From assembly GCA_024137785.1 (NCBI GenBank), contig JAHRHZ010000077.1:24592006-24656005 (forward strand): DNA of 64,000 nt, in the 5' to 3' direction. The translations under genes and the position numbers were made by a program. The notes below the pieces were generated by a model. The model was not told where the DNA came from. It saw nothing but the letters and a program-made list of their open reading frames with translations, and did not search any database. This DNA is from Ginglymostoma cirratum. Its lineage: Eukaryota. The stretch's first letter is position 1. Each line of letters begins with the position of its first letter. Below are positions 24,666 to 38,769 of the stretch, one piece after another.

Positions 24666-25734
24666 CCTCCACAACTTTTACAATGCCTATAACAGCCACG
24701 ACCCTATCGACCCTGAGAATAATACATCTGAATGAGTTCCCAGTGAATGTGATTGAGGCAACTTGTAGAAATAGGTTCTAATAATAGCTATGCATGTTTC
24801 TGGAGAGAATAGGGTTGTGGCATATGGAGCAAATTCAGATTGGTTACATTGAAATGTCAGGAAGTGTCAAGCTTTCTCAGAAATTGTTCTATATTATTAA
24901 TGAGAGGCCCTCAGTGAACAGTGATGAGATATGCACCAATTGTGGAAGTGAACTTCAGTAACTCATCGCTTATTAATCAGCACATCTAGCTTTAGGGGCA
25001 ATGTTGCAGTGTTAGTACCACAGCCATATTTAACAGGCAGAAACTGTTCTCAAATTTACATATCTACGAACATTACAACCTCAGATTCACCAATTGATTC
25101 TTGCATCAGGGAATAAGTAAATTTGCTGTAATAGGTTAAATGAAGCACAGGTTAGAATGGCTGCTGCTTCTAAAATCTCAGCATGTCGCAGAATGCTAAA
25201 ATAGAATACTTTCTGACCAGCAAATCAATCAAAGGCTGAAGTAGTTGGTCAGGGAGGTGGGGCAGGATCTCCAAAGGCAATATCTTTAACACAGACCTGA
25301 TATTTACCCCATTTTATTCAGGACGATGTATCAATTTCACATCCAAGACAAAGAGAGTTGGTAAGGGACATGTATTCAAATTGGTAAAAGATAATTTCAG
25401 GAGTAATGTAACCACTTTGACAAAAAGCGTGAGATAAGTTTGAGATTGAGCAATGGAGGCAAAAGCCTTTGGAATTATTTGAGATAATAGACAGAAGAAC
25501 CAAAGAAATAATTAGGAGAATTGTTTGGATACAGTAAATTATTGTGAACTAGAATGAGGCACCTATAAGGTAAAAACCATGTCGGAGGACACAAAGGTGG
25601 TGACCAAGTACGCCAGCTCCAAGTGAAACACCACATTCAAGAAAAAACACGCACATCCAAAACCCAATGGCTCCTTTAAAAGCCATCTGCAACTTTACTG
25701 TATCAGCTGAACCATTATCTTCTTAATACTGATT

Positions 25735-25975
25735 TAGAACAACAAAGAACAAAGAAAATTGCAGAACAGGAACAGGCCCTTCGGCCCTCCAAGCCTGCAT
25801 TGACGTGCTACCTGTCACAACTAAAACCCCCTACCCGTCCAGGGACTGTATCCCTCTATTCCCATCCTATTCATGTATTTGTCAAGATGCCCTTTAAAAG
25901 TCTCTATAATATCTGCTTCCACTATCTCCCCCAGCAGCGAGTTCCAGGCCCCCACCACTCTCTGTGTAAAAAACT
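25735..25975 (-). mobile_element. CR1-type 3' end (same subfamily as 50552-51740)
   Basis: Shared ggccctccaagcctgca...ctgtcacaactaaaaccccc 3' UTR. Confidence 0.8.
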
Positions 25976-26197
25976 TATTTTGGATTGAAAATTATTCTAC
26001 AGAATATATATTTAATGTCTGTTCTATGTATGTTTTTTATAAATGTTATGTAAATTATGAAGATTCAGTAATAACTTTCAAAAGGACTAAGTGTTCTTTC
26101 TCCACTCTATAGTAATTACCTTGTGACATTCCTTCATATGGTTCCTGGGATCTGCTGACTGTTTCTGATCCATATCTTTGTCTCCTCTTTCCATAAG

Positions 26198-26280
26198 AAT
26201 GCATGTTTGGTGGGAAGATATACAACAGCTCGGCAGCCTGGCTTGTACCTTCCAAACCCTGCATAATGCGGACATGTCAG
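26198..26280 (+). CDS. BMPER: BMPER internal exon, (E)CMFGGKIYNSSAAWLVPSKPCIMRTCQ
   Basis: ag/gtatgt splice sites, 83 nt, phase 1->0 joins the previous exon in frame. Matches [28 protein letters not shown]. Confidence 0.9.
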
Positions 26281-27590
26281 GTATGTGTTCCTTCTGCACC
26301 ATGTGTGTAACCAGATATTAATGTGTTTGGCTGGATTGAATGGTGAGGATGTAATGGGTGCTTTGAGTGACACAAAGTTAATACTTAAGAAGGGAATTTT
26401 AGTTAACGGTGGGTGTTGAGTGATCATGCATTGGTTTTTGGAGTTGGTGCTCACAGGCTTAGATATCTCCCTCCAATGACCAATCAATTTTCCTGAGAGA
26501 CTTCTAACACCCCATTCTAACCAACTTGTCCCTCCTGTGTATTGTTCCAACTTCTACAGCTGCATCTCTGCCTGTCGCTATTTCTGGGCGAAGAAGGTGA
26601 TGTATTGTTTCAAAAACTCAGACAATGCATAGGGCCTTTAAGATGCTGCAACACTTTAAATGCTGCAGCAGTTCACAATTTAAGGGCAAAGCTAGATCTT
26701 ATCGAATAACCGAATAGAAGGGTATGTTGTTAGGATTAAATAAAGTGGTGTGGACAAGGTCATGTTGAGAAAAAACAAAGTACAGACCTCGTGGGCTGAA
26801 TGGCTTTTTAATTGCACAATTTATATATTTCTCTGTAACTATTAGGGAAAGGATCACGCCATCCTTATTCAGGCTGTGTCCATTTATGTCTCCAGTTTCA
26901 CAGCAATGTGATTGACTTTTAAACGCCCTTTAAAGTGGCAGAGCAAGCCACTCTGTTATATTAACTGTTCAATAAAATGGCCCATGACATTTTCAATATT
27001 TTTCTTTCTTACAAAATGACTACCCTTCAAAGCTACCTTATTGATTAAAGCACTTTGGAGTATTAAAAGGTTGTAAAAGATGCTATATAAACGCAAAAGA
27101 TTTTCCTCCTTCATTCTAACTCGAAACTTTGAACCATTTTTTGTGTAGTTATTGTGTAGTTGAGACACAACTAATTACAGATGCTTCTCACAGAACATGA
27201 GGATCGATTAATGAAATGGAGTTTAACTAACTATTGATTGCCATTTGCACATGTTTGAAGGAAGCCGGAAGTTTTGAAGTATCGAAGTTAACAGCAACAT
27301 AAGTGCAGGCAGTATTTAATCCAGTCACACAGGGAACTGTGAAAATTCGTGGTGTCTCCTTGGATTTCACTTATTTGCCATACAAATATGTGTCCTTTTT
27401 TCATATTAAAGCCAGTCTCATGTTTGTACCTGTTGTTTGGATTTTTTCCCCCCTGTGCTTTGGTTTTCTGAGGGATCAAAGAAAGCCATGTCAAGCTGGT
27501 GTGGTGATCTGGAACCTGCGCAGACACAGAATCATAATCAGTGCAGTGTAAACCGGACATAACAATCTGTCTTTCATGTCTTACCCGCAG

Positions 27591-27681
27591 GAAGGTGTCA
27601 TTACAGAATCAGAGATACTGTGTGTGGTCTACTGTAAAAACCCCGTCATGCAGCAGGGAAGCTGCTGTCCAGTGTGTCAAG
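27591..27681 (+). CDS. BMPER: BMPER internal exon, [30 protein letters not shown]
   Basis: cag/gtaagc splice sites, 91 nt, phase 0->1. Matches [30 protein letters not shown]. Confidence 0.92.
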
Positions 27682-28524
27682 GTAAGCCACCTTTACTGGG
27701 ACAAAGACAGCTACAGGACTAACCTCCCCTTACTAACTGCAACCCCACTCNNNNNNNNNNNNNNNNNNNNNNNNNNNNNNNNNNNNNNNNNNNNNNNNNN
27801 NNNNNNNNNNNNNNNNNNNNNNNNNNNNNNNNNNNNNNNNNNNNNNNNNNNNNNNNNNNNNNNNNNNNNNNNNNNNNNNNNNNNNNNNNNNNNNNNNNNN
27901 NNNNNNNNNNNNNNNNNNNNNNNNNNNNNNNNNNNNNNNNNNNNNNNNNNNGCCTCAGTGAGACCACATAGCGATCTGGATGTTTGGTGTTGTGTCTGGA
28001 CCAAGCATGTTATAACTCATAATACTGAGTGCTCACCACCAGTCGCTCCTCATCCAAAGGGCCTTTGTAATTCCAAATCTACACTGGGGAAGATCCTCGT
28101 TACTTCTCCTTGTGAGTGATGAAACCACCTCCTCTGCCCGGTCTCTTCCCCTTCCCTCCCTCTACCTGTCTCCATCTCCCACTCTACACACTGTACCATT
28201 CTGACCCATTCTTCCTTCAATCTTCTCCCACTTCCTCCATCTTCTCCTTTCTGTCTCTTTCATTCAGTAATGATTCAGAGCTGTTGGTAATTAGCAATAT
28301 GAATTAACTAGTTCAGCACACATATTGCAGCTGTGGTGTGCAGTCTTGCAGAGAGCGAGGGAGATGGTACTGCGCTAACAAGAGATCAGGCACCTCACTT
28401 CACTGACAACACTTCTGGTTGACTGGCACAGCTTCTAGTTCACTGGCATTGAAGGTTTGGGATACAGGAGAAAATTTGTTTCACTTTGAGTGACTGATAA
28501 CTCATTGTGCTTGTTGGTATGTCA

Positions 28525-28835
28525 GTAACTAGGGAGTCACAATTTCAACGTTGTCAGCAAGAGAGCTAAGAGTGAGATGAGGAGAAACCTCTTTATACAG
28601 AGAGTTGTTAGGATTTGGAATGCACTGCCTGGGAGAGTGTTGGAGGCAGAATCCATAGGAGGTTTCAAAAGAGATATACATATTTGGATATATATTTGAA
28701 AGTGACGGAGTTCGGGAGATACAGAGAGGGGGCTGGAAAATACGATTAGCTGGATAGCTCTTTCGCAAGCTAGTACAGACATGATGGTCAAATGGCCTCC
28801 TTCTGTACCATAAAATTCTATGGTTCTATGATTTT
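28525..28835 (+). mobile_element. CR1-type 3' end
   Basis: MRRNLFIQRVVRIWNALPGRVLEAESI; tail attctatggttctatg. Confidence 0.8.
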
Positions 28836-29657
28836 ATGAAAAACATGAGTGCGAGCACCAATTGTGAGTCATTAAACATTTGCACACAATCAGTTGCAAT
28901 TTGAAATATTTGTGGTATTAAAAACTCAGTGATTTGTTGTAACATAAAAATGTGAAGGAGCTTTTGGGTGCTGGTAAATGATTGTATGGTATTAACCAAG
29001 GGAGTTGTATCAACCTAGAGTTCAGTCCAGTTGATAACAGAATCCAACTCCGTACTATTTTCTTTCTGCCTGATCATTATCCTTACAAAGAATCATTAGT
29101 GATTCAAGCCCAGGACTGACTTTTAAGTTAAAGGCACAGGAGCCTCTGGGGTCAGTGACCTGAAGATTGGTGTAGAGGGAGGTATGGCTGGGGGCTAAGG
29201 GGATTAGGAAGGGTCTGATGAACGGTGGGTGGGCTGGTGGAGTGGATGTGATAAGGGAGTGTGGATAGAGAGCAGTGGGGACAGGAAAGTGGAATGAAGT
29301 GGACTGGAGGAGAGGGAATTGTTGGAGGAAGTGGAAGAAGATGGATAGGAGAGTGTGATGGGATTGGGTTGGCAAGCAGGAAAAAGGAAGGTCTATGAGT
29401 GTGGTGATAGGAGCAGGCGAGTGGGATGGGGTTCACACAAGTCAGTGTGTTATCAGGGACTACCTATCCATTGGAAAAATGCTCAGCTTCTGATTGATTT
29501 TATGGAATGCCAGGTTGGCAGGGAGTTTGAGACTGTGGATGAATGGGAGACTTTTCCTGGTTGTAGAGTCATTGATACTCACTGCCCTGGGATTTGTAAT
29601 TATTTACTCTATCTGTTCTCTCCATTCTCGCTACATCCAACCTGTTGTTTGTTGCAG

Positions 29658-29740
29658 TGTGTGAGTTTGCTGGTCATCACTACAGAGAAGGTGAAGATTT
29701 CTACCCAGATGGAAGCAGGTGTATTAAATGTTCCTGCACT
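29658..29740 (+). CDS. BMPER: BMPER internal exon, (V)[27 protein letters not shown]
   Basis: ttgcag/gtgagt splice sites, 83 nt, phase 1->0. Matches [28 protein letters not shown]. Confidence 0.92.
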
Positions 29741-32700
29741 GTGAGTATAGACAAACCATTTCTTTCTAACTGGCCCTATGTTTCTCAGTGTGGGCAGGGC
29801 AATTAGAACAATTGCCACCTTCAGACAAAAGGAAGTGTCAAAAGAAATAAGTCTGACACTTCCAGGACATATGCGTAACACATATGTTTTAGTACACTGT
29901 GATCACAATTAGCCTCGATCCCAATTCACCAGCATCCCTATTCCCCTCAATCACCATTAACTGTGAACCCCATTAATCTCAATGCCCACTCTCCTTGATA
30001 CCCATTCCCACAGATCAAGGGTGAAAATACTTTCCTTTTGGGCTACTTATTGACTTTACAGTGACCTCCTTATGATTTTTGGAGGATTCTTTTTCATACT
30101 CATTGACTCCTGCACTAGATGACTCAGTTATGTAATATCACTGTTTCCTGTATTTTGGTTAACATAAGGGGTATTTGCATTTTCACTGAAGCAGAATTTA
30201 GAAGAAATAATCAATATCTTCAATAGCCATTACTGCTTTAAACAAAAATCACTGTACGCAAGGAAAGCATTAATTTCCTGGGCTCCACAGTATTTAAATT
30301 GCTACAAAACAATGAATAGGCATAAGTTAACAGCTGTTTTTGAATAGCTGACATGCATTTTATTTGTAAAAACCCATCAGCCTTAACATGCTGTGGCCAT
30401 AGCTAAATGGTTGCATAGCTTTCTCTAACACAGTCAGTGCATCTCAAGTGATTTGCAGTATGTGAAATGGTTTGAGATACATTAACATATAAATGGAAAT
30501 TCTTACAAAATAAAATTGTTCAGTATTAAATTGTTCAATTGGCAGTATTCATAACATTTGCACCCAGTGCATTTTCCCTATATAGTAGCTCCTTAAATTC
30601 TGCAGCCTTAAGCTAGAGACTCCACATTCATTTCTAAGGAAGCCATTACTTCAATGAATTCAAGTTTTCCTGGTTTCCAGTTCATTGAATATTGTTGAAT
30701 GGTATTCATTTTCCTTTGCAGCACATCACTGACCTTGGTAGCCCCTCATTCCCTCTTCCCCCCTTTGCAGCCCCTCACGCTGCTTTTCAATCCGTCAGTC
30801 CTGTGTGCAGACTTTCATTCCACTTCGCAAATTTTCACTCCTGTTTGCAGCAGTTCACTCCACGTTTCAGCCCCCTTCCCCTTTCTTCCTTTTGATCCCT
30901 CTCATCCATTTGCTGACCCCCTTCTTCTCTCATTGCAGCCTCATTTCCACTCATATCCCTGAGAACTCTAACCTCAGCAGCCTCTTGTTCTCACACCTCC
31001 ACACTGGAAGCCTTGGCTTTGCCAACTTGACTTTCTGCTGTAGCCCTCACCCTACAGTCACTAACCTCACCAGTCTACATTCCCCACCATGGTGTTCCCC
31101 CTCTGTTAACACCACTTCTTTCAGTCTTGTTTCCATTGACTGAGCTATCTCGCTTCCTGCAGCCACTCACCTTCTCTGTGCTGCTGAAATCACAGGCTGC
31201 TTCTCTCCTGAGGTTGGGATGTGAGGTTATATTGTTTATCATTTGGAGCAGTTGTATTGTTCACCATTAAGATGAGGTGTTGCTTAGTGTACTGCTGCCC
31301 ACATGATCCCTTGAGGGGTTAAAGCCGGTTGTGTTCCTGTTAGACCTGTGCTAATGATATGTTTTCAATCACTGCCACTTTGAACCCATGCATCTGCCCC
31401 ATTACAGCTTCCCACACTACCATTACTGGCATTCCTCCCTTTACAAGCACCAGATTAGATTTCATGAATCTTAACATTTGACCCAAATGTTTCTTCTGCA
31501 GCCAGATAAGATTTGGTGCTCTCAGTCTCTCTCCCCTCGAGTTCAAGCAGTCTCTGCACGGAACGATAATGTCACTCTCAACTCACTTGACAAAGTACCA
31601 TCCCATTAGCAGACATACATGCACACCCACCAGAGATAGGACAGTGTTCTCATTGTAAATCAGATACTGCACAAGATTTAAAGAGTTATTCTGGGAGGTG
31701 ACTTGGAGATAAATCAATTTTTCCTGTGAGATTTTCACTGTCAATTTCCTCATTCCTATATGGCAGGGTTTTGACTGGGCCAGTTTTAATTGCTGGTAGA
31801 AACTTTTCGATCATTAATCCTTTTTGATCATTAATCCTAGGCCCAAGGAACTATTGACACAAGACATTGTTCATCTCATGAGCTGGTTCACCTTCAGGGT
31901 GACCAGGTTTCACAGCTAACTTTCACTCCTTCGAGGCAAATTACCTCAGCAGAAGATAAGAGATTTTGGATCATATAATTTTTTGTTTGATCAACTCCTG
32001 TTCCCACCTCTTCCCTCAATCTTCACCTTCACAGCTTCTCCCCTCTGGAATATAGGAAGAAACATAGGAGCAGGAACAGACCACTCAATCTTTTGAGCCT
32101 GCTCCGTGCAATTCTAGATCATGGCTTTTCATTTATCCAATGCCATATTCCCACAGTATTCCCACTTCCCTTGATATCTTTTGAATTCTCCAGCACTGGA
32201 GCCAAATGGCTTTGAGAAGAAATTTTGCAACATCTGAAACTTCTACTGTCAGGTAACAGAATATCAAATGAAGCATTTCGTTTCTTCTGTGTATCATATA
32301 ATCATGATCTCAGTAGTGTTACAACAACATTCACTCACTTAATCTGCACAATCATAAGTTAACATCCATGGCAAAGTACAATATACATTTCACTGTTACT
32401 GTATCCCTGTAAACAAAGAGATCCTGATCTATGGTTAAACTGGATAACCAACAATAACATTGTCCAAGTTCCTGACAGTATTTGTGGCTTTGCACTCCAT
32501 ACTTTCATTCCCAGACAAATATCCAAATTCAGTCTTAGTTAACCCAGCCGTTGTGCCTTTCCTTAAGAATAAAGGGTCTGTCTAATTACTGACTGATACT
32601 GGCGAGTTCACAGTAAAGTTGCAACTCTTTGTGTGGTACACTCGAATATGGGGCTTACAACTGGTGTGTCCCCTTCCCACCACCACCATAGCTGCCACTG

Positions 32701-34186
32701 TCTGTAATAAACTTATCGTCTGCCTTCAAGAAGCTTAAGAATATGAAACAATAAACAAAAGGCTTGATCCTTCGGCTGCCTTTCCACCCCACTTCCACCT
32801 CTAACCACCTTCCCCATCCCTCTTCTGCCAGATCATTGATACCCTTTCTACGTTCCCATTCCCCCACTCCTATCCCATTCCTTCCACAAACTCTTTTGCT
32901 CACACCACTTTCCACATAATCCCACCGCTTCTTCCTCTCATTTTCTCCCCACTCATCCCTCTGACTCCTTCCCCAACCACTCCCATATATTCATGCTCAT
33001 CCTCCCTGTCCTGTTTGGGGATTGGGAGGGGTTGTGTGTGGTAATTCCGGGCAGAGGGGAGCAAGTGATATGTACTCTGCAGTTTCTGTTGTGTGGTTAT
33101 CGATCAGCAAGAGCCAGTTTCCTGATATGTTATGGAGTCTCTAACCCTTTAACTCATTGAGATGCTCAACAGCAGATTTTGCTCACATGTATTTGTTAGG
33201 GTAGTAAGTTCATTCAACTATCATTGATGAAAATAGCCTGCTCAGCTTGGATCATTTTCAAATGTTAATGGGCGCTGCCTGGTGTTTGTGAGTTATTACA
33301 CTTAAAGGAGTTTTTTTCCCATTTGTAGCTCTCTGCTTGAGACCTGCCACCAGTACACATACTGTATATATTCAATTCAATAAACAGGTCATTCCTGTTG
33401 ATATAAACATCTGTGTGAAGCAAATAAAATACTTCAATCCAAATATCATTTTGTGCCAGTGATGCGTTCCTCAATCCCACAGTATTAGGATTCTTGAATT
33501 CCCAGGAATTGGAGTGTGGGAAGAATATTAAATGCTTAATCCTTACAGGACAGAGGGAAGACATTCAGGTCCTAATGCTATCTAATTGGTCCCAATCACC
33601 CTGCTCTTTTCCCAGCACCCTTTTCCTTTCAAGTATTAATTCAGTATCTTTGTGAAAATTCCAATAAATCTGCTTTCACTGCCCTTTCAGGCGGCACTTT
33701 CCAGATTATAATAACTCATTGTTGTAAAGATGCTCTTTGTCTTCCTCTTTTCTGTTCCCAGTTGGGCTTAACCCTGTATCCTTCTGCTTACTGAACCTTC
33801 TGCCACTGGAAACAGTTAATCCTTAATCTGGCTGTGAGTTTGCACACAAGTTCCTGAAAACAGAAAAATGGGATGAAATGTCCTGACAACTTGTTTGACC
33901 AATTCTGGCTAATTCATTGTGAGATCTGCAAATTACGAAAGATAACAATTCATACAAAGCATCAGCCTTTCCAAGACTGCAATGCAGAGAGCCAGAGCTG
34001 AGTCTGTATGATTTAGAGTGATGTTGTCCCTTTGGCATGTCACTTCAGATTACAGAGTTTGGTCTCTGCAGGGAGAACCCTTGAGTCAACCTGACAGTTT
34101 CTTGGTAATTACAAGGTCTCATTCATTAATAATTTCTGACATTATCTGCATGAAATGACTGACGGTTGTGATCTGATTGTACACAG

Positions 34187-34286
34187 GGTGGCACACTGCA
34201 CTGTTTCCGGGAACTGTGTCCCATCCTCTCCTGCCCTCAGCACCTCAGTCATGTGCCACCTGGAAAATGCTGCCCCAGATGTTTAG
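34187..34286 (+). CDS. BMPER: BMPER internal exon, [33 protein letters not shown]
   Basis: cag/gtgagt splice sites, 100 nt, phase 0->1. Close to [33 protein letters not shown]. Confidence 0.95.
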
Positions 34287-34489
34287 GTGAGTGGATCCCA
34301 TTTCCCTGCATCACTGCAAGAATTCCTTTTTATTCAATTACACGTGAGGTGTTTTTTAAAAGCGCAAGGTCCAGGTCCCTGTACAACCTAATAACTGTTA
34401 TAATATTGTAATTAATTTTAAGCCATTATGGCAAGTTAATTTTAAATGTACTTCCTAATTAACAGAGTGAAGAATTAATCAGTAACCAT

Positions 34490-37400
34490 CAGGAAAGACT
34501 GAACAAACTGAAGATGTTTTCTCTGGGAAATAGGAGATGGGGGGTCTAACAGAGGTTATTAAAATTATGGAAGTGAACGATAGGGTAAACACAGAGAAGA
34601 TCTTTCCACTTGAGGGAGAGACCAAAGATAGGGACCGCCAATAGAAGACAGCCTCTGAGAAATGGAATCGTGAATTCAGGAAAAATCCTTTTAGCCAGTC
34701 AGCTGTGAAAATGTGGAACTACTTATCACAGGAAATGGCTGAGGTGAATCGTGGAGATGCATTTAAGGGAAAACTAGATAAATACATAAGACAGAAAGGA
34801 ATAGAAATATATATTTAACTAGAGATGCCATTGATGCAATAATTATAGAAAACTTTGGTTGGGAAGATCAGGGTATAGAATTGGTTTGGTTAGAGATAAG
34901 GAATACTGTAAGCTGTCACCAGCAGAAGTGATCTCCAGGCCCTCTAACAGTACCCACAATGTAGACTGAAGTAAGGAAGAATGTTGGCTGCTTGTGATAA
35001 AGGGATAGGAATAATCACACATGACTTTAATCTACGTATAAAGTGGAAAAATCAGATGGCAATGGTAGCCCGAATGAGAGAGTTTCTTAGAGCAGCAAAT
35101 TCTAGAACAGACCAGAAAGTAGGTTATATTAGACTTGACATTGTGTAATGTGATAGGATTAGCAAACTACCTCAGTGTAAAGGCAGCGACAACAATATGA
35201 TTGCATTTTATATTCAGGTTTGAGAGAGAGAAGAGTGTGCCTCGGCCTAGTATTTTAAACTGAAATAAGGGCAAATATGTGGGCATGCAAGCTAAACTGA
35301 CTGAAGTGAACCTGAATGCTAGGCTCAAAGACAGATCAATACAGAAACAATGGCAGACATCTAAGGGGATATTTCAGAATATTCAGAATAAGTATATTCA
35401 TACTATTGAGGAAAAGTTTTAAGGTGAGGATCAATCATTTGTAGCTAACTAAAGAAGTTAAGGAAAATTTCAAACCTAAAGAAAATGCACATGATTATGC
35501 AAAGATGAGTGGCATGTCAAATGATTGATCATGATGTAAAGGACAGCAGAGACTGACTATAAGATTAACCAGTAGAAAGAAATTGGAATATGAGAGGAAG
35601 CTAGCTAGAAATGTAAAAGTGGGTAGAAAGAGTTTCTACCAACATTTAAAAAGGAGAAAATAACCAAGGTGAATGTTATTCTCTTGAGGATAAGAATGGG
35701 AAGTTGATAGAATTTAATATGAACAAATTAAACACATAAATATTTTGCTTCTGTGTTCACTATAGATCAGACAAAAAACATTCATATAATCCAATATTCA
35801 AATTCCAAAACTCAGGAGGTGGCAGGAAGAGAGACACTTGATGAAATTACAATTACTAGGGAAGTGTTACTGTGAAAATTGATGGAGCTGTGGGCAAGCC
35901 CACAAGTCCTGATGGACATTGACCTAATGTCTTCAAAGAAGTGGCAAATAAGCTCATGGGTGCATTGGTGTTAATTTTTCAAAGTTTGCTAGATTCTGGA
36001 AAGTTTCCACCAGACTGATGAGTTGCGAATATGACTTCTACTTTCACGAAAGGAGGAAGGCGGAAACTATAGGTCAATTACTTTGAAAACTGTCGTAAGG
36101 ATATTGTTAGAATCAAACATTAAAAAGATTATAACTGGGCACTTAGGAAGACGCAAGATAATTGGAAAGAGCTGGGATGATTTTAGAAAGGGAAATAGTG
36201 TTTAACCAATTTACTGGAGATTTTTGAGGTAGTAACATCGCTGTGGTTAAAAGGAAACCTTACTGCAATAATTTAAAGAACTAATTTAAATAATTTAAAG
36301 GGACTTGAAATGTTAACTCTGTTTCTTTCTCCACAGATGCTGTTACATGCTGAGTTTTTCCAGCACTCTCAGATTTTATTTCAGACTTCCAGCAGGACAG
36401 TATTTTGGTTTTATTGCCGATGGATACAGTACTTGGATTTCCAGAAGGCATTCGACAAGTTGTCGTATAAAAGATGAGGGAAGCAAAGGCATGGCAGTTA
36501 AATTTGCAGATGACACGAAGACAGCTGGAAAGTATATTGTAAAGAGAACATAAGGAAGTTTCTGACAGATAGACAGATAGAGTGAGGGAGAAAAATATCT
36601 GACTGATGGTGTATAATGTAAGAAATGTAAAGTTTAACAGGGAAAATAAAACGACACCATTATCTAAACAAAGAATGTCTGCTGAATTCTGAGGGATCTC
36701 TAGTGCACAAATCACAAAATGTTTCTATACAGGTGCAGCACGTAATCAAGAAGACTAAAGGGATGCTATACTTTGTTGTGAGAGGAATTGAGTAGAAATT
36801 TAAGAATGCTATGCATCAGTTATACAGGGTATTTGTGAGTCCATGTTTGAAAAATAAACAAATTCTTCGAGATGTTATTAAACACCTCTGGGACAGGTGG
36901 GACTTGAATGCTGGCCTCCTGGCTCAAAGGTGGAGATACTACCTCTGCACCACAACAGCTGTCTGTTGTGAAAACGGTTTGGTTTCCTTATTCAAGGAAG
37001 GATCTAAACGTGTTGGAGGTGGTTCAGAAGAGGTTTACCAGATTGATACCTGACATGAGCAGCCTGTCTTATGAGAAATGTTTAGACAAACTCGGCTTGT
37101 TTCTTCTGGGGTTTGGAAGAGTGAGGGTTGAATTCATTGAAGCACATAGGATCCTGCCTTGACAAGGTAAATGTGGAAAGAATGTTTCCACTTGTAAGCA
37201 GGTCCAGAAATAGGGGGGAATGGTGTAGAAATTAGCTCCCCTTTATGACAAGGTGGGGAGATGTATTTTCTATCAGAGATTTGTACTACTTTAGAACTCT
37301 TTACCTTAGAAAGCTAGTGGAGGCAGGGTCAATGATAATTTGAAAGGAAGAGATAGGTTTTTGTTAGGCAAGGGAATCAAAGGATATTAAGTGTAAATAG

Positions 37401-37505
37401 AAACATGGATTTAAGCACAAACAGATCAGCCACGACTTTAATGAATGGTGTAGCAGGCTTGATGGACCGTATGGCCATTTTTTGCTTCTAATTCATATGT
37501 TTGTG
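34490..37505 (+). mobile_element. Degraded CR1-type LINE(s) (APE-RT-3' UTR) with an embedded PLE pLTR piece at ~36300-36415
   Basis: Remnants such as PPD**VANMT, LTNLLE, LDFQKAFDK, KFADDTK, LEVVQKRFTRLIP and 3' UTR cagatcagccacgactttaatgaatgg. Confidence 0.8.
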
Positions 37506-37723
37506 AAAGGGAGAGGTGAAAATAAGATGGGAGGAGGTGTATTTAGAGCATAAATACTGAATAGAACAGTAGACTAAATAGCCTGATTCAGTGTTGCAGT
37601 TGATGTAATCCAGTTTAATGTATCTCTTTAGATGGTTGGTTGTTTTCCTGTTCCCTGGATGTGGAAGTTGAAAGTTAATGCTAATCCATATTGCCCTGCT
37701 GTTTTATGATGCTTTCTTTGCAG

Positions 37724-37833
37724 GTCAGCGTCGAGTGTTTGACCTTACAGCTGGGAGCTGCTTGTTTCGTAGTGAGGTTTATGAACATAGGACAGTATTC
37801 CAGCTTGATAACTGCACTATTTGTGTGTGTGAG
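37724..37833 (+). CDS. BMPER: BMPER internal exon, (G)[36 protein letters not shown]; last BMPER exon found in the window
   Basis: tttgcag/gtatgt splice sites, 110 nt, phase 1->0. Matches [37 protein letters not shown]. Confidence 0.95.
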
Positions 37834-38630
37834 GTATGTGTCAAGATCTTCTTTCTAAACACTGACATTTTAACTTCCACGTGCTGGAGAGTGAACCAGC
37901 TGCTGATCAGTGCAACTGGATGTGGCCTCAAAGTGAGGCAATTTTGGAGTTGGGGGCAGTGGCATTGATATTAGGAGTTAGCACAGGAAGAGAGACACCT
38001 GGAGAGACACCCATGCCTGAATTTTCCCAACCCTGTGGAGACAGGGTCGGAGGTGGGGATTTAGTTGGGGAGGGGAGCTGTGTTTGACGGAGCTGGGGTA
38101 ATAGGGGTAATTTTCATTAGGATGGTGTACAAAGCATTCCAAACCCTGGGGAAATTTGCTGGGCTGGGATTCAGATCAGGTGTGTGTAGCATGGAGGGTA
38201 ACAGCCAATGAAGGTGGTAAAGGCCTCATTAGGTGTGATTTTGTAGAGACTGCCAGCTCAATGGCCTCCAGCAGAAGAATGGTGGGGAGGGGCATTGGTT
38301 CCAGAGACTCAATCTCCCTTTGAAAGGGCCGCTAGCTGGAAAAGTTTCACAAATGGCTCAATAGCTCATCCAGAGAGGAACTAACAGCATTGTCCGATAT
38401 ACTTCAATGTTTTCCTCACATCTCTGTCTGCCTCAGCAGAGCCAATCTGTCACAGGCTCCAGAAACTTTCCATTAGAGTGAGCTGGCACCATTGAGGGGC
38501 TGGCTGGATAGTAAGTGAGGAACAGCCAATCAGGAAACATTCTTTGGAATCATTGTTGAGCCAGTATTGCCACTGGGATCTCCTTTCTGTCCCAATATCG
38601 AGTTGGAATGCCATGGGTCAATCAGCCACA

Positions 38631-38749
38631 GGAAATTCTGGCAGTGGGATCAGGGAGGGAGATTCTGGGAGTGGGATCAGGGAGGGAGATTCTGGCAGTG
38701 GGATCAGGGAGGGGGATTCTGGCAATGGGATCAGGAAGGGAGATTCTGG
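38631..38749. repeat. 27-bp G-rich minisatellite (GATTCTGGCAGTGGGATCAGGGAGGGA), ~4.4 visible copies, runs into the 10-N gap
   Basis: Direct tandem repeat; ORF track shows GDSGSGIRE periodicity. Confidence 0.92.
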
Positions 38750-38769
38750 NNNNNNNNNNAAAAAAAAAA

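Noticed and set aside
27541-28119. Long ORFs spanning 27751-27951
   Set aside because: Artefacts of the N run; the real BMPER exon is in a different frame at 27591-27681.
29160-29430. Purine/pyrimidine-skewed tracts (also ~30730-31180, 32770-33010, 45340-45590) with Pro/His-rich ORFs
   Set aside because: Low-complexity sequence without splice signals or recognisable domains.
38631-38749. CRISPR array or coding GDSGSGIRE repeat protein
   Set aside because: Head-to-tail tandem units with no unique spacers in a vertebrate intron; no splice context or homology.
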